This document shows, piece after piece, positions 35,159 through 44,338 of a stretch of 64,000 nt of DNA (the first letter of the stretch is position 1; each line of letters begins with the position of its first letter). The stretch is taken from the IMG/VR virus record IMGVR_UViG_2551306471_000001, positions 2,242 through 66,241 of that record, one strand, 5' to 3'. A model generated the notes under the pieces. That model worked only from the letters and a program-made list of their open reading frames with translations. It ran no database searches and was not told the origin of the DNA. This stretch comes from a virus. Position numbers and translations under genes: made by a program.

Positions 35159-35650
35159 TCAGCCTCTCAGACGTTCGATGACGCCAGGGGTGTTCTCGCG
35201 GGACCAGAAGGTGACGGCGCAGTTCAGCGTGTGGCCGGCCTGGCGGCCGCTCTCGGACGGGTAGTCCTCGGGCGAGACGGCCAGGACCTTCGCGTCGAGC
35301 AGGCAGACCTCGAACCGGCGGAAGCCGGAGAGCGCGGTCCGCACCCGGTCGGACAGCCCCCGGACGATGGCCGCGAACGACCGCAGCGTGGCGTTGACCG
35401 ACACGATGACGACGACCTGCAGGGTCCGCTCGACGAGCCGGTTCGGGGGCGTGTCGCCCTCCTGGTACTCGACCTGCTCGTGGCCGATCTCGACGATGAC
35501 GACGGGGGTGTCCTCAGCGGCGAGCGGCTTGTCGACGAGCTTCAGCACGCCCTTCACCGGGATGCCGAGCGCGTCCGTGACCTCGGGCGTCATGAGCGAC
35601 GCCTTGAGGACCCGAATGAGCTCGTCCTGGATCTGGGTGTGTGCGTCCAC
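35159..35650 (-). CDS. Tail terminator (gpU-like)
   Basis: GTG at 35650 with GAGGAAGG RBS; directly upstream of the tube gene. Confidence 0.65.
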   Translation of the reverse strand: MDAHTQIQDELIRVLKASLMTPEVTDALGIPVKGVLKLVDKPLAAEDTPVVIVEIGHEQVEYQEGDTPPNRLVERTLQVVVIVSVNATLRSFAAIVRGLSDRVRTALSGFRRFEVCLLDAKVLAVSPEDYPSESGRQAGHTLNCAVTFWSRENTPGVIERLRG

Positions 35651-35675
35651 GCGTGCGCCTTCCTCGACGCTCACG

Positions 35676-35713
35676 AGGCTGCCGGGGGGCGCGTGTCCCG
35701 ATCTAGTCCACGC
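35676..35713 (-). promoter_or_regulatory. Putative late promoter
   Basis: 39 nt (35675-35713) identical to 41891-41929. Confidence 0.8.
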
Positions 35714-36281
35714 GCCGGAGCGCGAGCCGGGTCCAGCCAGCGGCCCAGGGCGACGTGCCGAGGACCTCGAACGTCGCGCCGTCGTCGTCGGCCGCGAGCT
35801 CGGTGCCCGCCGGAATTCCGGACAGTCCGGGGTCCTGCGTCACCGCGGCGACGGCTGCGCCGACGGCGGCCGCGAGTTGCCCGGAGGGGTCGCTCGCGCC
35901 AGCCAGGTAGAGCCGGCCCCTCCGGGCCTGCCCGCCCGAATCCTCCCAGGCCGCGCGCGAGGCCTGCCCGTCCTCCAGGTCGCAGCGCAGCCGGCCGCGG
36001 CCGGTCGAGAGCGCCCGGCGGATGGCGTAGAGCCGCCCGTCGACGAGGACGAGGTCGCCGCTGTCCGTGCCGGGTCCGGAGGCCTCCTCCATGATCAGCG
36101 TCGGGGTCGCGTCGAGCATCGGCACCTTGGACCCGTCGCGGTCCTGCTGGACCTCCTGCCGGCCGAACGTCACCATCAGGCGCAGCGTGCCGTGGGCCTC
36201 GGTCTCCAGCACCGCGGCCTGCCCGAGCGCCGGGGCGCGGGCGAGCCCCCGCGCCAGGAGCCGCATGGCCGGCGAGGTCAC
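35703..36281 (-). CDS. Head-tail joining (gpFII-like) protein
   Basis: GDLVLVDGRLYAI motif; GTGA overlap with upstream gene. Confidence 0.55.
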   Translation of the reverse strand: MTSPAMRLLARGLARAPALGQAAVLETEAHGTLRLMVTFGRQEVQQDRDGSKVPMLDATPTLIMEEASGPGTDSGDLVLVDGRLYAIRRALSTGRGRLRCDLEDGQASRAAWEDSGGQARRGRLYLAGASDPSGQLAAAVGAAVAAVTQDPGLSGIPAGTELAADDDGATFEVLGTSPWAAGWTRLALRRVD

Positions 36282-36808
36282 GCCGCGGCCCCGGCGAGGA
36301 TGGCGTCGACCCCGGCGGCGGTGGTGACCGTCCCGGCCTCGATGCCGGCCAGGGCGGTGAACAACAGGCCGAAGGTCGCCTTCACGTGGGACCGCATGGC
36401 GATGGCGACGGCCTGCATGTCGGCGTTCGACAGGGGTCGGGGAACGCCGTCTGCGAACTCGAACTGCTCCCCGTCCTGGCGCACGCCGAGGTCGATGGCC
36501 GAGAGCTCGCCGTTGACCAGCGTCTTCGAGCGGTCGTCGGTGGCGACGGGCATCCCGTTCCAGGTCGTGCCGGCGACCTCGCGCTCCCACCGGGCGTTGG
36601 CCGCGTAGGCCGCGAGGTCCGCCGCGGAGGCGACCGGTGCCGGGCGCTCCACGAGCTCGGCGCCGGCCGGGAGCGGGTAGCCTGGGAAGGCCTCCCCGTC
36701 GAAGCGCCACAGGGAGAGCCCGTCCCACACGGGGTTCGCCGCGGCGGAGGCGAGGTCGGAGACGGCGACGACGGGAGCGCCGTGGGCGGAGGCGACGAGG
36801 ACGCGCAT
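36278..36808 (-). CDS. DUF4376-like fibre assembly/accessory protein
   Basis: LAAYAANARWEREVAG...TDDRSK...F.FADG...L....MQAV pattern. Confidence 0.6.
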   Translation of the reverse strand: MRVLVASAHGAPVVAVSDLASAAANPVWDGLSLWRFDGEAFPGYPLPAGAELVERPAPVASAADLAAYAANARWEREVAGTTWNGMPVATDDRSKTLVNGELSAIDLGVRQDGEQFEFADGVPRPLSNADMQAVAIAMRSHVKATFGLLFTALAGIEAGTVTTAAGVDAILAGAAA

Positions 36809-36823
36809 GGGGATTCATCCGGG

Positions 36824-38365
36824 TCAGGCGAGGTCGATGACCTCGACCGCGACGGCGCCGCGGGTCGAGTTGCGGGAGACGACGAGGACGCGGTCCGGAC
36901 CGATGCGCTCGACGGCGGCGAGGACCAGGGCGTCCCCGGCGGCGGCGCCCGGGATGGCGGTGCCGAGGCTGACCGGGACCTGCGCGGCCTGGGCGAACGG
37001 GGAGGCCGTCGCCTCGGCCCCGACGGGCGCGGCGAGGTCGAGCGCGACCGTCGTCAGGTTGAACGCCCAGCCGGCCGACAGCGTCCAGACCCCGAGCTTC
37101 GAGGCCGAGAACGGGGTCGCCTCGACCATGACCTGCCCCATGATGCCCGCCGCATCCCGCAGCCCGCGCCAGGTCATGCGCCCGTTCGCCGGGTCGCGGG
37201 TCACGAGGAACGAGCCGTACTCGCCGGCCGTCGAGTAGGCGACGACGTAGGCGTCGGGCGAGACCGGGGCGAGGCGGCCGGTGCCCGCGATGGCGTAGGG
37301 CAGGCTCACGCTCGCGGCCGAGCCGCGGTGGCTGTCGTCGACGTAGGCGAGCCCGACCTTGCCGCTGTACTGCGGCGTACCGCGCCCGACGCTCTGCCCG
37401 TCCGTCAGCGTGACGAAGGCGTGCGCGCCGATGCGCTCCATGCAGAAGATGTCGACCGACGCGTTGGGCGAGGGCGCGACCGGGCCGCCGTCGACCGGCA
37501 GCGAGCCGGGCAGGCGGTCGACAAGGAACGCGGAGAGCTGCGCCCGGCCGACGAACTGCGCGTCCTGCGAGTTGACGTAGCCGGGGAATGCCACGGAATA
37601 CGTGCCGACCGCCCAGCCCTTCCGGCGGAAGAACCCGCTGGTGTTAACCTGCTGGATCGCGGCGGGCATGTTGCCGAAGCTGTCTTGGTTCCGGCTGAGG
37701 TCGACGTCCTTGGTGACCGTCAGGGTGTTGGCGTTGTTGTCGACGTTGAGGACGTAAGTCGAGAGCGAGTAGTGCCCCCAGTAGTAACCGCTGGTGGCCG
37801 CCGCCAGGTGCATCGCCCTGATCTTGAACGCGGTGTCCGAGACGCGTGCGACCTGCGCCATGCTCCGGTACAAGGTCACGCCGCCGTTGGGGAAGAAGGC
37901 CTGACCCTGGACGTTGCTCTGGCGGACGAGCGTCACGGTGCCGTCGGCGGCCACGTCGAGGACCGTCGCCGTCACGGCGCCCGTGCCGGGGTTCCCGTTG
38001 ACGCCCGAGGCGTTCCAGGTCGCGACGACGTAGCGCTTGGCGCCGCCGGCGAGGTCGGCGAGCCAGGCCACGGAGGCGCGCCCGTCGGCGTCGAGGAAGC
38101 CGCCGCTGGTGCCGGTCAGGACGAGGCCGCCCTTGCGGGTGGCGGAGGTCCAGCCAGGCACGGCCTTGGCCGAGTAGACATGGGCCCCGGCGCCGTCGAC
38201 CGGCCCGCTCCCGTACGAGGACTGGCGGCGCAGGAACGATTCGAGCGCGGCGGCCCTCGCGTCGAGCCTGGCCTCCCGGGCGTCGAGCTCGACCTTCTGG
38301 GCGTCGAGCTTGGCGAGCAGGTCGGGCGGGAGGACGGTGCCGGCGAAGGTGGGAAGCGCGGGCAT
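36824..38365 (-). CDS. Fibre/spike-like structural protein
   Basis: N-terminal coiled coil, then beta-rich repeats; Asn/Tyr-rich core. Confidence 0.55.
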   Translation of the reverse strand: MPALPTFAGTVLPPDLLAKLDAQKVELDAREARLDARAAALESFLRRQSSYGSGPVDGAGAHVYSAKAVPGWTSATRKGGLVLTGTSGGFLDADGRASVAWLADLAGGAKRYVVATWNASGVNGNPGTGAVTATVLDVAADGTVTLVRQSNVQGQAFFPNGGVTLYRSMAQVARVSDTAFKIRAMHLAAATSGYYWGHYSLSTYVLNVDNNANTLTVTKDVDLSRNQDSFGNMPAAIQQVNTSGFFRRKGWAVGTYSVAFPGYVNSQDAQFVGRAQLSAFLVDRLPGSLPVDGGPVAPSPNASVDIFCMERIGAHAFVTLTDGQSVGRGTPQYSGKVGLAYVDDSHRGSAASVSLPYAIAGTGRLAPVSPDAYVVAYSTAGEYGSFLVTRDPANGRMTWRGLRDAAGIMGQVMVEATPFSASKLGVWTLSAGWAFNLTTVALDLAAPVGAEATASPFAQAAQVPVSLGTAIPGAAAGDALVLAAVERIGPDRVLVVSRNSTRGAVAVEVIDLA

Positions 38366-38374
38366 TGGGTGGCC

Positions 38375-38680
38375 TTACGGTGTCGCGGGGTTGAGGGTGC
38401 CGTCGAGGCGGAGGAGCGGGTCGGAGAGGTCGACGCCGGGGTCGTCGAGCCGCCACGAGCCGCCGCCCTTGAGGCCGACCGGCACGTCGTCGCCGTTCGC
38501 GAACCGCGCCACGACGCGCCGCGGGGTGACGCGCTCCAGCCCGGCGAGTGCGCCGGTGCCGATGGCGGCCGGGACGACCGCGGGCTTGCCGGACTTGAAG
38601 AGCACCCGGGCCTGCCCGTCGGCGTCGAGCTCGACGGAGACCGGCTTGCGCGGGGCGCCGCCCTGGAAGGGGGAGAGCAT
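38375..38680 (-). CDS. Hypothetical virion protein
   Basis: Coupled in the structural operon. Confidence 0.55.
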   Translation of the reverse strand: MLSPFQGGAPRKPVSVELDADGQARVLFKSGKPAVVPAAIGTGALAGLERVTPRRVVARFANGDDVPVGLKGGGSWRLDDPGVDLSDPLLRLDGTLNPATP

Positions 38681-39063
38681 CAGGCGGAGCCGCCGAGCCA
38701 GGCGGCCTCCATCACGCGGACGTCGAGGGTGACGCCCGGCTCGGCGAGGAAGCGCACGCCGGGCTGGTCCGCGTCCGAGCAGGTGAAGGTGCCGGTCTGG
38801 CGCAGCGGGTACATGCGCGCCCGGGCCTGCGGGACCGTCAGCCCGGCAAGGTCCTTCGCCCGCCCGACGTACAGGATGGTGTCCGGCGGAACGTCGATCA
38901 GGAACACGGAGGCGCGCGGGTCCGTGTCGGCCGGGAACGGCGCGAGGGCGTCGCCGGTGACCGGCAGCGGATAGGTCTTGCCGCCGAGGGAGAAAGCCTG
39001 GACGGCGTCGCCGTCTCCGGCCTGGTAGCGCGCGGTCGAGAGGATGCGGTCTTCGCTCGCCAT
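38680..39063 (-). CDS. Hypothetical virion protein
   Basis: Follows the capsid gene terminator. Confidence 0.6.
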   Translation of the reverse strand: MASEDRILSTARYQAGDGDAVQAFSLGGKTYPLPVTGDALAPFPADTDPRASVFLIDVPPDTILYVGRAKDLAGLTVPQARARMYPLRQTGTFTCSDADQPGVRFLAEPGVTLDVRVMEAAWLGGSA

Positions 39064-39083
39064 GGGAGCCCCCGGTCAGCCTG

Positions 39084-39122
39084 GAAAGGAAAGGGGCCGG
39101 GTCGGTGTCCCGCCCGGCCCCC
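39084..39122 (-). terminator. Terminator after major capsid gene
   Basis: GGGGCCGGG/CCCGGCCCC stem followed by TTTCCTTTCC on the minus strand. Confidence 0.65.
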
Positions 39123-39149
39123 GAAAGGTCACGTCCCGGTGCCCGGGGC

Positions 39150-40178
39150 TCAGTCCATCGGACCGGCGATGTTGACCTTGATCACCGACTGCGGGCGGGC
39201 GAAGTAGTTGAGCACGTAGCTCTCAACCAGCATCTCGATGCCCTTGTTGTTCTTCAGCGGCTCCTTGGAGACGTAGAAGGGCAGCGGGTTGTTGAAGTAT
39301 TCCTCGATGTCCGAGGGGCCGTAGATCGTGCGGGCGAATCCGGGGCCGACCGGCACGAGGTACGCGGCGTTGTCGTCGATGAAGCCGCCCGAGGCGCCCT
39401 GGCCCGAGATCAGGCGCGCCCTGCCGTAGTCGACCACGTCGACGTCTTCCATCAGGCGGACGCCCTGGCGGTTGTCGCGGACCTGGAGCAGGTAGCCGGC
39501 GGCATCCTGCGCGGCGATCTTGAAGTCCTTGTTCCGACGCAGGCGGCGGCCGGCGTTGCGGCCGGTGAGCAGCACGTAGCCCGTGATCGGCACGCCGCCG
39601 AGGAAGTCCTCGGAGGTCTGCTTCAGGGCGATGACCTGCTCCTGCAGGTCGAACCCGGCCTTGGAGAGGTCCCAGTTCGCGACGACCTGCTGGCCGCCGA
39701 GGAGCTGGAACAGGTCGGCCAGCACGGTGCCGTCGACGTCGGTGAGCAGGCCGTCCAGGGCGCGGGCGCGCTGGTGGTCGTTGGTGTGGATGAGGCGGGC
39801 GCCCATCCGCTGCAGGCGGCGGTTCCGCTCGCCCTCCAGCGTCTTGAGCGCGAGCGTGCCGGTGTCGCGCACGCCCATGATCGAGGAGTTCAGGACCGCG
39901 TCGCGCTCGGCGAAGCCGGGGATGCGGACGATGGCGGTGCCGCGCTGGGTACGCTTGGCGACCGGGGCCTCGCCGTTCCGCGGCGTGGTCGGGAGCAGAT
40001 AGATCAGGCCGCTCTCGTGGTCGAGCGAGACGGTGTCGGTGAGGGAGGTGTCGACCTCCCAGGTGAAGATCTTGTCGAGGCCATCCGACACGAACTGCAT
40101 GTCGACGATGGCATTCGTCATCGCGACGGTGTCGAACGCGGCTGACGTGGAGAGGATATTCGCGGCCTGGACGGACAT
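39150..40178 (-). CDS. Major capsid protein, lambda gpE-like
   Basis: 342 aa; F.T..MT.AI, LLPTTPRNG and ES..L...RP patterns typical of Phage_cap_E. Confidence 0.85.
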   Translation of the reverse strand: MSVQAANILSTSAAFDTVAMTNAIVDMQFVSDGLDKIFTWEVDTSLTDTVSLDHESGLIYLLPTTPRNGEAPVAKRTQRGTAIVRIPGFAERDAVLNSSIMGVRDTGTLALKTLEGERNRRLQRMGARLIHTNDHQRARALDGLLTDVDGTVLADLFQLLGGQQVVANWDLSKAGFDLQEQVIALKQTSEDFLGGVPITGYVLLTGRNAGRRLRRNKDFKIAAQDAAGYLLQVRDNRQGVRLMEDVDVVDYGRARLISGQGASGGFIDDNAAYLVPVGPGFARTIYGPSDIEEYFNNPLPFYVSKEPLKNNKGIEMLVESYVLNYFARPQSVIKVNIAGPMD

Positions 40179-40216
40179 GGGAGCCCCCTTTTGTCTTTGC
40201 TTCTACTGTCCGCCGG

Positions 40217-40591
40217 TCAGCGGAGGATGATGCCGAGGAGCCTCAGCCCCGCGATGCACTCGGCCTTGTCGGCGGCGACCTGGGCCGCGTCCGCCCCGTC
40301 GGTCGGGTAGATCATGCGGCCGCCCTCGTCCGTGACCTCGCCCATGCGGGTCATGGCCGAGACCTTCTGGGTCGCGCCGGCGCCGAGGGCGGGGGTGCCG
40401 TGGCGCAGGATGCCGACGACGTCGTTGCGGTCGTCGCCGGTCGCCATGGGCGCGAACTTGCCGGCGACGAGCTTCACGACGAGGCCCGACCGGCGCTCCA
40501 CGGAGGCGTCCACGACGCCGTTGTCGTAGGAGTAGGTGCCGAAGTCGCGGACGATGAATTCGCCGTCGTGGGGCTTCTCGGTCGAGTACAT
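40217..40591 (-). CDS. Head decoration protein (gpD-like)
   Basis: 124 aa immediately upstream of the gpE-like gene; ends LRLLGIILR. Confidence 0.7.
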   Translation of the reverse strand: MYSTEKPHDGEFIVRDFGTYSYDNGVVDASVERRSGLVVKLVAGKFAPMATGDDRNDVVGILRHGTPALGAGATQKVSAMTRMGEVTDEGGRMIYPTDGADAAQVAADKAECIAGLRLLGIILR

Positions 40592-40652
40592 GGCGGCCTC
40601 CTAGGCTGCTGGTCCGGGGTGCCGTCGCCGGCGGATGGGTGGGGCCGTCGCC

Positions 40653-41867
40653 TCAGCGCTTGTTGCGCTGGGCGAGGGCGGTCTCGTTGAAGGAGCGGAG
40701 GACCGGCTTCTCGGCGCCCGAGCCCTGGGTGCGGTTGCCGGTCGGGGTCGAGGTCGACAGGCCGCCGGAGCGGACCGCGGCCATCGCCACGTCCTTCAGG
40801 TCCTTGAGGGTGCCGCCGGCGGCGCGGATGGCGTCGAAGGCCTCCAGGGTGCGCTTGCCCCGGCGCTGGGCGACGGTGCGCAGGCCGCGGACCACCGCGG
40901 CGCGCTTGGCGCGCTTGCGGTCCTCCTCCTCGTCGTCGTCGCGCTCGTCGTCGGTCTCGTCACCGTCGCGCTCGCCGTCCTGGTCGTCGCCGTCGCGCTC
41001 CTCGTCGGTCTCGTCGCCGTCGCGCTCGCCGTCCTGGTCCTCGTCGCGCTCGTCGGCGTCATCCTCGTCGCGCTCGTCGGCGTCGTCGTCGCGCTTGGCG
41101 CGGGTCGCCTGGAAGCCGGCCTTCTTGCGGGCGGCCTCCAGGGCGGCGCGGGCGCGCTCCAGGTTCTCCTTGGCCTCGGCGACGGCGGCCTTCTGCTTGC
41201 GGGTGGCCATGGCGGCGGTCCTCGTGGTGCTGGTTGAAGCGGGGGTGCGCCGGGCGCCCGAGGGCGTCGGCTTCGCGCCGGCGGCGCGGATCTGGGCGGT
41301 GGCGTCGGCGGGGATGGCGACCAGCGAGCCCTCGGCGGGCTGCCAGCCGGTCACGGTCACCAGGGGGCACTTGCCGTCCCGCTCCTGGTAGGTCTCCTCG
41401 AACCGGTCGAAGCCGACCGAGAGGTTCTTGAGGATGCCCTTGCGGACGCCGTCGATGACGTCCTCCAGGTCGGGCCGGTCCCACATGCGGGCCCGGATGA
41501 TGAGTTGCTTCCCCTCGACCCTGGCCGCCTCGATGACGCCCACGACCGACTGCAGCGAGTAGCTGGAGTGCATGTTGAGCAGCGGGGCGCCGACCAGTTG
41601 GTCGACGGACCGGATGCCCTCCATGCTGAGGACCTCGTCGACGTCCACGATGTCGTAGCCGTCGGGCGAGAACCGGTAGGACCGGCAGGGCGTCTCGGAC
41701 GCGAGCACGCCCTCGAACGAGAGGGTGTCCTCGTCCCAGGACTGCAGGCCGATGGTCGCCGCCCGCTGGCCGCGCTGGAACTTGACGCCGGGCACGGTGC
41801 GACCCTGGACCGGCACACCGCGCCGACCCGACTTCGCCTTGCCCGTTCTGGTTCTGGCCTTCGCCAA
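40653..41867 (-). CDS. HK97-type prohead protease with acidic scaffold-like C-terminus
   Basis: APLLNMH, GILKNLSVGF and EGSLVAIPAD motifs; D/E-rich tandem repeats; TTG start with AGGAGAGG RBS. Confidence 0.85.
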   Translation of the reverse strand: MAKARTRTGKAKSGRRGVPVQGRTVPGVKFQRGQRAATIGLQSWDEDTLSFEGVLASETPCRSYRFSPDGYDIVDVDEVLSMEGIRSVDQLVGAPLLNMHSSYSLQSVVGVIEAARVEGKQLIIRARMWDRPDLEDVIDGVRKGILKNLSVGFDRFEETYQERDGKCPLVTVTGWQPAEGSLVAIPADATAQIRAAGAKPTPSGARRTPASTSTTRTAAMATRKQKAAVAEAKENLERARAALEAARKKAGFQATRAKRDDDADERDEDDADERDEDQDGERDGDETDEERDGDDQDGERDGDETDDERDDDEEEDRKRAKRAAVVRGLRTVAQRRGKRTLEAFDAIRAAGGTLKDLKDVAMAAVRSGGLSTSTPTGNRTQGSGAEKPVLRSFNETALAQRNKR

Positions 41868-41891
41868 AGCCGCCTCTCCTGTGACGGTGAG

Positions 41892-41929
41892 AGGCTGCCG
41901 GGGGGCGCGTGTCCCGATCTAGTCCACGC
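41892..41929 (-). promoter_or_regulatory. Putative late promoter
   Basis: Same motif and spacing as 35676-35713. Confidence 0.8.
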
Positions 41930-42051
41930 CCCGCGGGGCGCGGCGCCGGGGGGGGGCGAGACACGGAGGCCGGCGTGCTCTAAACCCCGCGCCCTCGCGC
42001 CGGGCCAGGGTCCGCCCGTCGCGCAGGCGGACAGGGACCGGAGGTGAAGGC

Positions 42052-42270
42052 ATGGGCAAGCCGGGCGAGCAGATGGCGCGGATTGGCGCGGGGGTCCGCC
42101 AGCGGATGGAGCGGGTGCGCGACGAGGCGGCCGACACGCTGCAGGGGATGCTCGACGCGGGCATGGACCCGAACCACCCCGGCGCGCAGCACGTCGCGGC
42201 CGTGCGCGACCGCGCGGCCGCAGCGGTGGAGGAGCTCACCCCCAAGGCCGCGGACGGCGACGAGAACTAA
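42052..42270 (+). CDS. Small antisense moron protein
   Basis: GGAGGTG RBS; 72 aa amphipathic; opposite strand to the head operon. Confidence 0.65.
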   Translation: MGKPGEQMARIGAGVRQRMERVRDEAADTLQGMLDAGMDPNHPGAQHVAAVRDRAAAAVEELTPKAADGDEN

Positions 42271-42307
42271 GCCGCCGGGCGCCGAAAAAGCGGCGCTAGG
42301 GGGTTGT

Positions 42308-42367
42308 GCCTTGCCCTGTGCACACTTGTGCGCACCACGTCGGCATGCGGGAGCATCCCGTCATGCC
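42308..42367. repeat. 28-bp conserved motif plus hairpin, copy 2 of 3
   Basis: Identical core; lies just after the portal stop. Confidence 0.9.
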
Positions 42368-42375
42368 GGCGCGGG

Positions 42376-44040
42376 CTAGGCCTGCACCGCGGGCTCGAAC
42401 TCGTCGAGGGCCGCGTCCGCGACGAAGGCCCCGTCCACCAGGTCGCGCTCGGACTGCTCCTCGGCCATGACCTGGCTCCAGATGCTCTCCGAGACCGACG
42501 TCGCCGACGGGTTCCAGCGCGGAGCCTGCTGCGACCCGGCCGGGCCGCCGGTGGCCGGCGCCGTCGTGCCCGCACCGCCACCGGCGGCCGGGGGAGCGGC
42601 CCTGCCGGACGCGGCCGCCGGCGCCGCGGGGGCGCCTGGGGCGGCGAGCGGCTCGAAGCCGACGGCCTGGCGGCGGGCCTCCGCCTCCGCGAGGCCGCGG
42701 GTGACGACCTCGTGCCGGCGCCCGAACAGGTTCTGCGTGGCGTAGCCGGGATCCACGATGCCAGCCGCGATGCCCTGGGCGAAGGCGTTGATGTCGGTCG
42801 ACAGGTTGTTGAGCTGGATGATGGGCCAGTCCCAGTCGACCTGGTAGACCTCCCAGGCCGGGGTGTTGGCCGGGAGCTCGAACCGCCCCGACGCAAGGGC
42901 GTGGTCCACGAACTGGTGCCAGCAGGCGTTGACGCCCTGGTCCTCCAGGTCTTGGCGCTCGCATTCGATGGTGCGCTTGAAGTCCAGCCCCGCGAATCGC
43001 TCGGTGCGGTCCGAGAGCCCGTCGTGGTTCCCGGTCACCAGGTGCACCGGCACGCGCACGCTCGCGCAGATGGCGTAGAGGTGCCAGCGGATGCTCGCGA
43101 TGAGGTTCTGCGGGCTGTCCGGCGGGGCCTGGAGGTTGGCCTTGTAGCCGGCCGGCATCTCGAAGATCCCGCCGGGCTGCAACTGGATGGCGCTGATCAG
43201 GTCGTCGATGTCGTCGACCGACGGGAACAGGCTGTCGTCCGTGACGCCGTCCAGCGGCCGCTCGATGAACAGGCTGAGGAAGGTCGCGCTGATCTTCCGG
43301 CGGAGCTCGGCGTCCTCGTACGTCGCCAGCTTCAGGGCGCGGACGATGGCGGCCGCGATGGGCACCTCGCCCCGGGGCGACCCCGTCGGGCCCTTGAACA
43401 GGTGGGCGGCCCGCGAGACCGGCGTGAACTCGGGCGTCCAGTGCGTGGTCGGGTTCGCGTAGAGGTCGCGCGGATGGACCGGGTAGAACCAGTAGCCCTC
43501 GCGCTTGTCCGTGCGGCGGCCGTTCTTCATCCGGTACTGGATGCCGGCGACGGTGAAGCTCTCGCCGTCGTTCTCGGACCGGATGAGCTCGGGCGGGCAG
43601 TAGTCGGACGTCAGGGTCTGGATGCGCGTCGGCACCAGCAGTCCGTCGTCCTCGTCCTCGTCGAAGTCGAACTGGAGGAAGGTCTCGCCGTCGATGAACT
43701 TGTTCTTGCAGATGTCGTCGCGCCAGAGCTTGCCCCAGCCCGAGACCCCGCGGGCATCGAACTTGGCGGCGCTCGCCATGAACAGGTCGGCGAGGCGGTT
43801 GTGGCGCGACCGGGGGACCGGGCCGGTGCCGACGACGTAGGCCGTCCAGGTGTCGACCAGCGCACGCACCCAGGGGTCGTTGCGGTACAGGTGCCGCGCC
43901 AGCCACATCAGGCGCCGCTGGTAGACGACGGTGTCGATGGGCCCGATGTCGGGCACGAAGGGGATAAGGGCGGAGGTCGAGGCGGCCTGGTAGGCGGCCT
44001 CGACGGAGCGGCCGCGGCCGCCGTTGAGAAGGACGGCCAT
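42376..44040 (-). CDS. Portal protein, lambda family
   Basis: ARHLYRNDPW, DGETF, RGE.P and LKLATYEDAEL..KI.A motifs. Confidence 0.9.
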   Translation of the reverse strand: MAVLLNGGRGRSVEAAYQAASTSALIPFVPDIGPIDTVVYQRRLMWLARHLYRNDPWVRALVDTWTAYVVGTGPVPRSRHNRLADLFMASAAKFDARGVSGWGKLWRDDICKNKFIDGETFLQFDFDEDEDDGLLVPTRIQTLTSDYCPPELIRSENDGESFTVAGIQYRMKNGRRTDKREGYWFYPVHPRDLYANPTTHWTPEFTPVSRAAHLFKGPTGSPRGEVPIAAAIVRALKLATYEDAELRRKISATFLSLFIERPLDGVTDDSLFPSVDDIDDLISAIQLQPGGIFEMPAGYKANLQAPPDSPQNLIASIRWHLYAICASVRVPVHLVTGNHDGLSDRTERFAGLDFKRTIECERQDLEDQGVNACWHQFVDHALASGRFELPANTPAWEVYQVDWDWPIIQLNNLSTDINAFAQGIAAGIVDPGYATQNLFGRRHEVVTRGLAEAEARRQAVGFEPLAAPGAPAAPAAASGRAAPPAAGGGAGTTAPATGGPAGSQQAPRWNPSATSVSESIWSQVMAEEQSERDLVDGAFVADAALDEFEPAVQA

Positions 44041-44042
44041 GG

Positions 44043-44333
44043 TCAGAGCTCCCAGGGGCGGGTGCGGCGGTAGCCGAAGCCGTAGCCGCTGTTGGGGACG
44101 ATCTGGGTGTAGTTCCACCGGCGGCGCGCCGGCTTGCCCGCACGCCGGTCGAGCTCGTCGAGGACCTCCTCGCGGATGCGCTGCATGGAGCGCAGGCCGG
44201 TCACGGCGGCGGACGCGCCGAGGCCGTCGGAGGTCGACGCGAGGGCGCTGTCGATCTGCTCCGTAAGGTAGCGGACCTTCTCCCGGAGCTGCTCCTCCGA
44301 GTAGAAGTCGGGGCCGTAGGCGCGCGAGGGCAT
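44043..44333 (-). CDS. Head completion protein (gpW-like)
   Basis: 96 aa between TerL and portal. Confidence 0.65.
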   Translation of the reverse strand: MPSRAYGPDFYSEEQLREKVRYLTEQIDSALASTSDGLGASAAVTGLRSMQRIREEVLDELDRRAGKPARRRWNYTQIVPNSGYGFGYRRTRPWEL

Positions 44334-44338
44334 GGGGC

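Noticed and set aside
35651-35674. ORF-track start at 35674
   Set aside because: Lies 1 nt from the predicted -10; GTG at 35650 has a proper RBS.
35693-35710. Late motif as a LexA box (GTCC-N7-GTCC)
   Set aside because: Differs from GTTC at a conserved position in both halves and is not kept in all copies; the conserved -10 spacing fits a promoter better.
23819-38365. Diversity-generating retroelement or invertible fibre cassette
   Set aside because: No reverse transcriptase, TR/VR pair, invertase or inverted crossover sites seen.
39104-39112. GTGTCCC here and at 12739 as further late-promoter copies
   Set aside because: No dyad partner or -10 at the fixed spacing; the first is the loop of a terminator.
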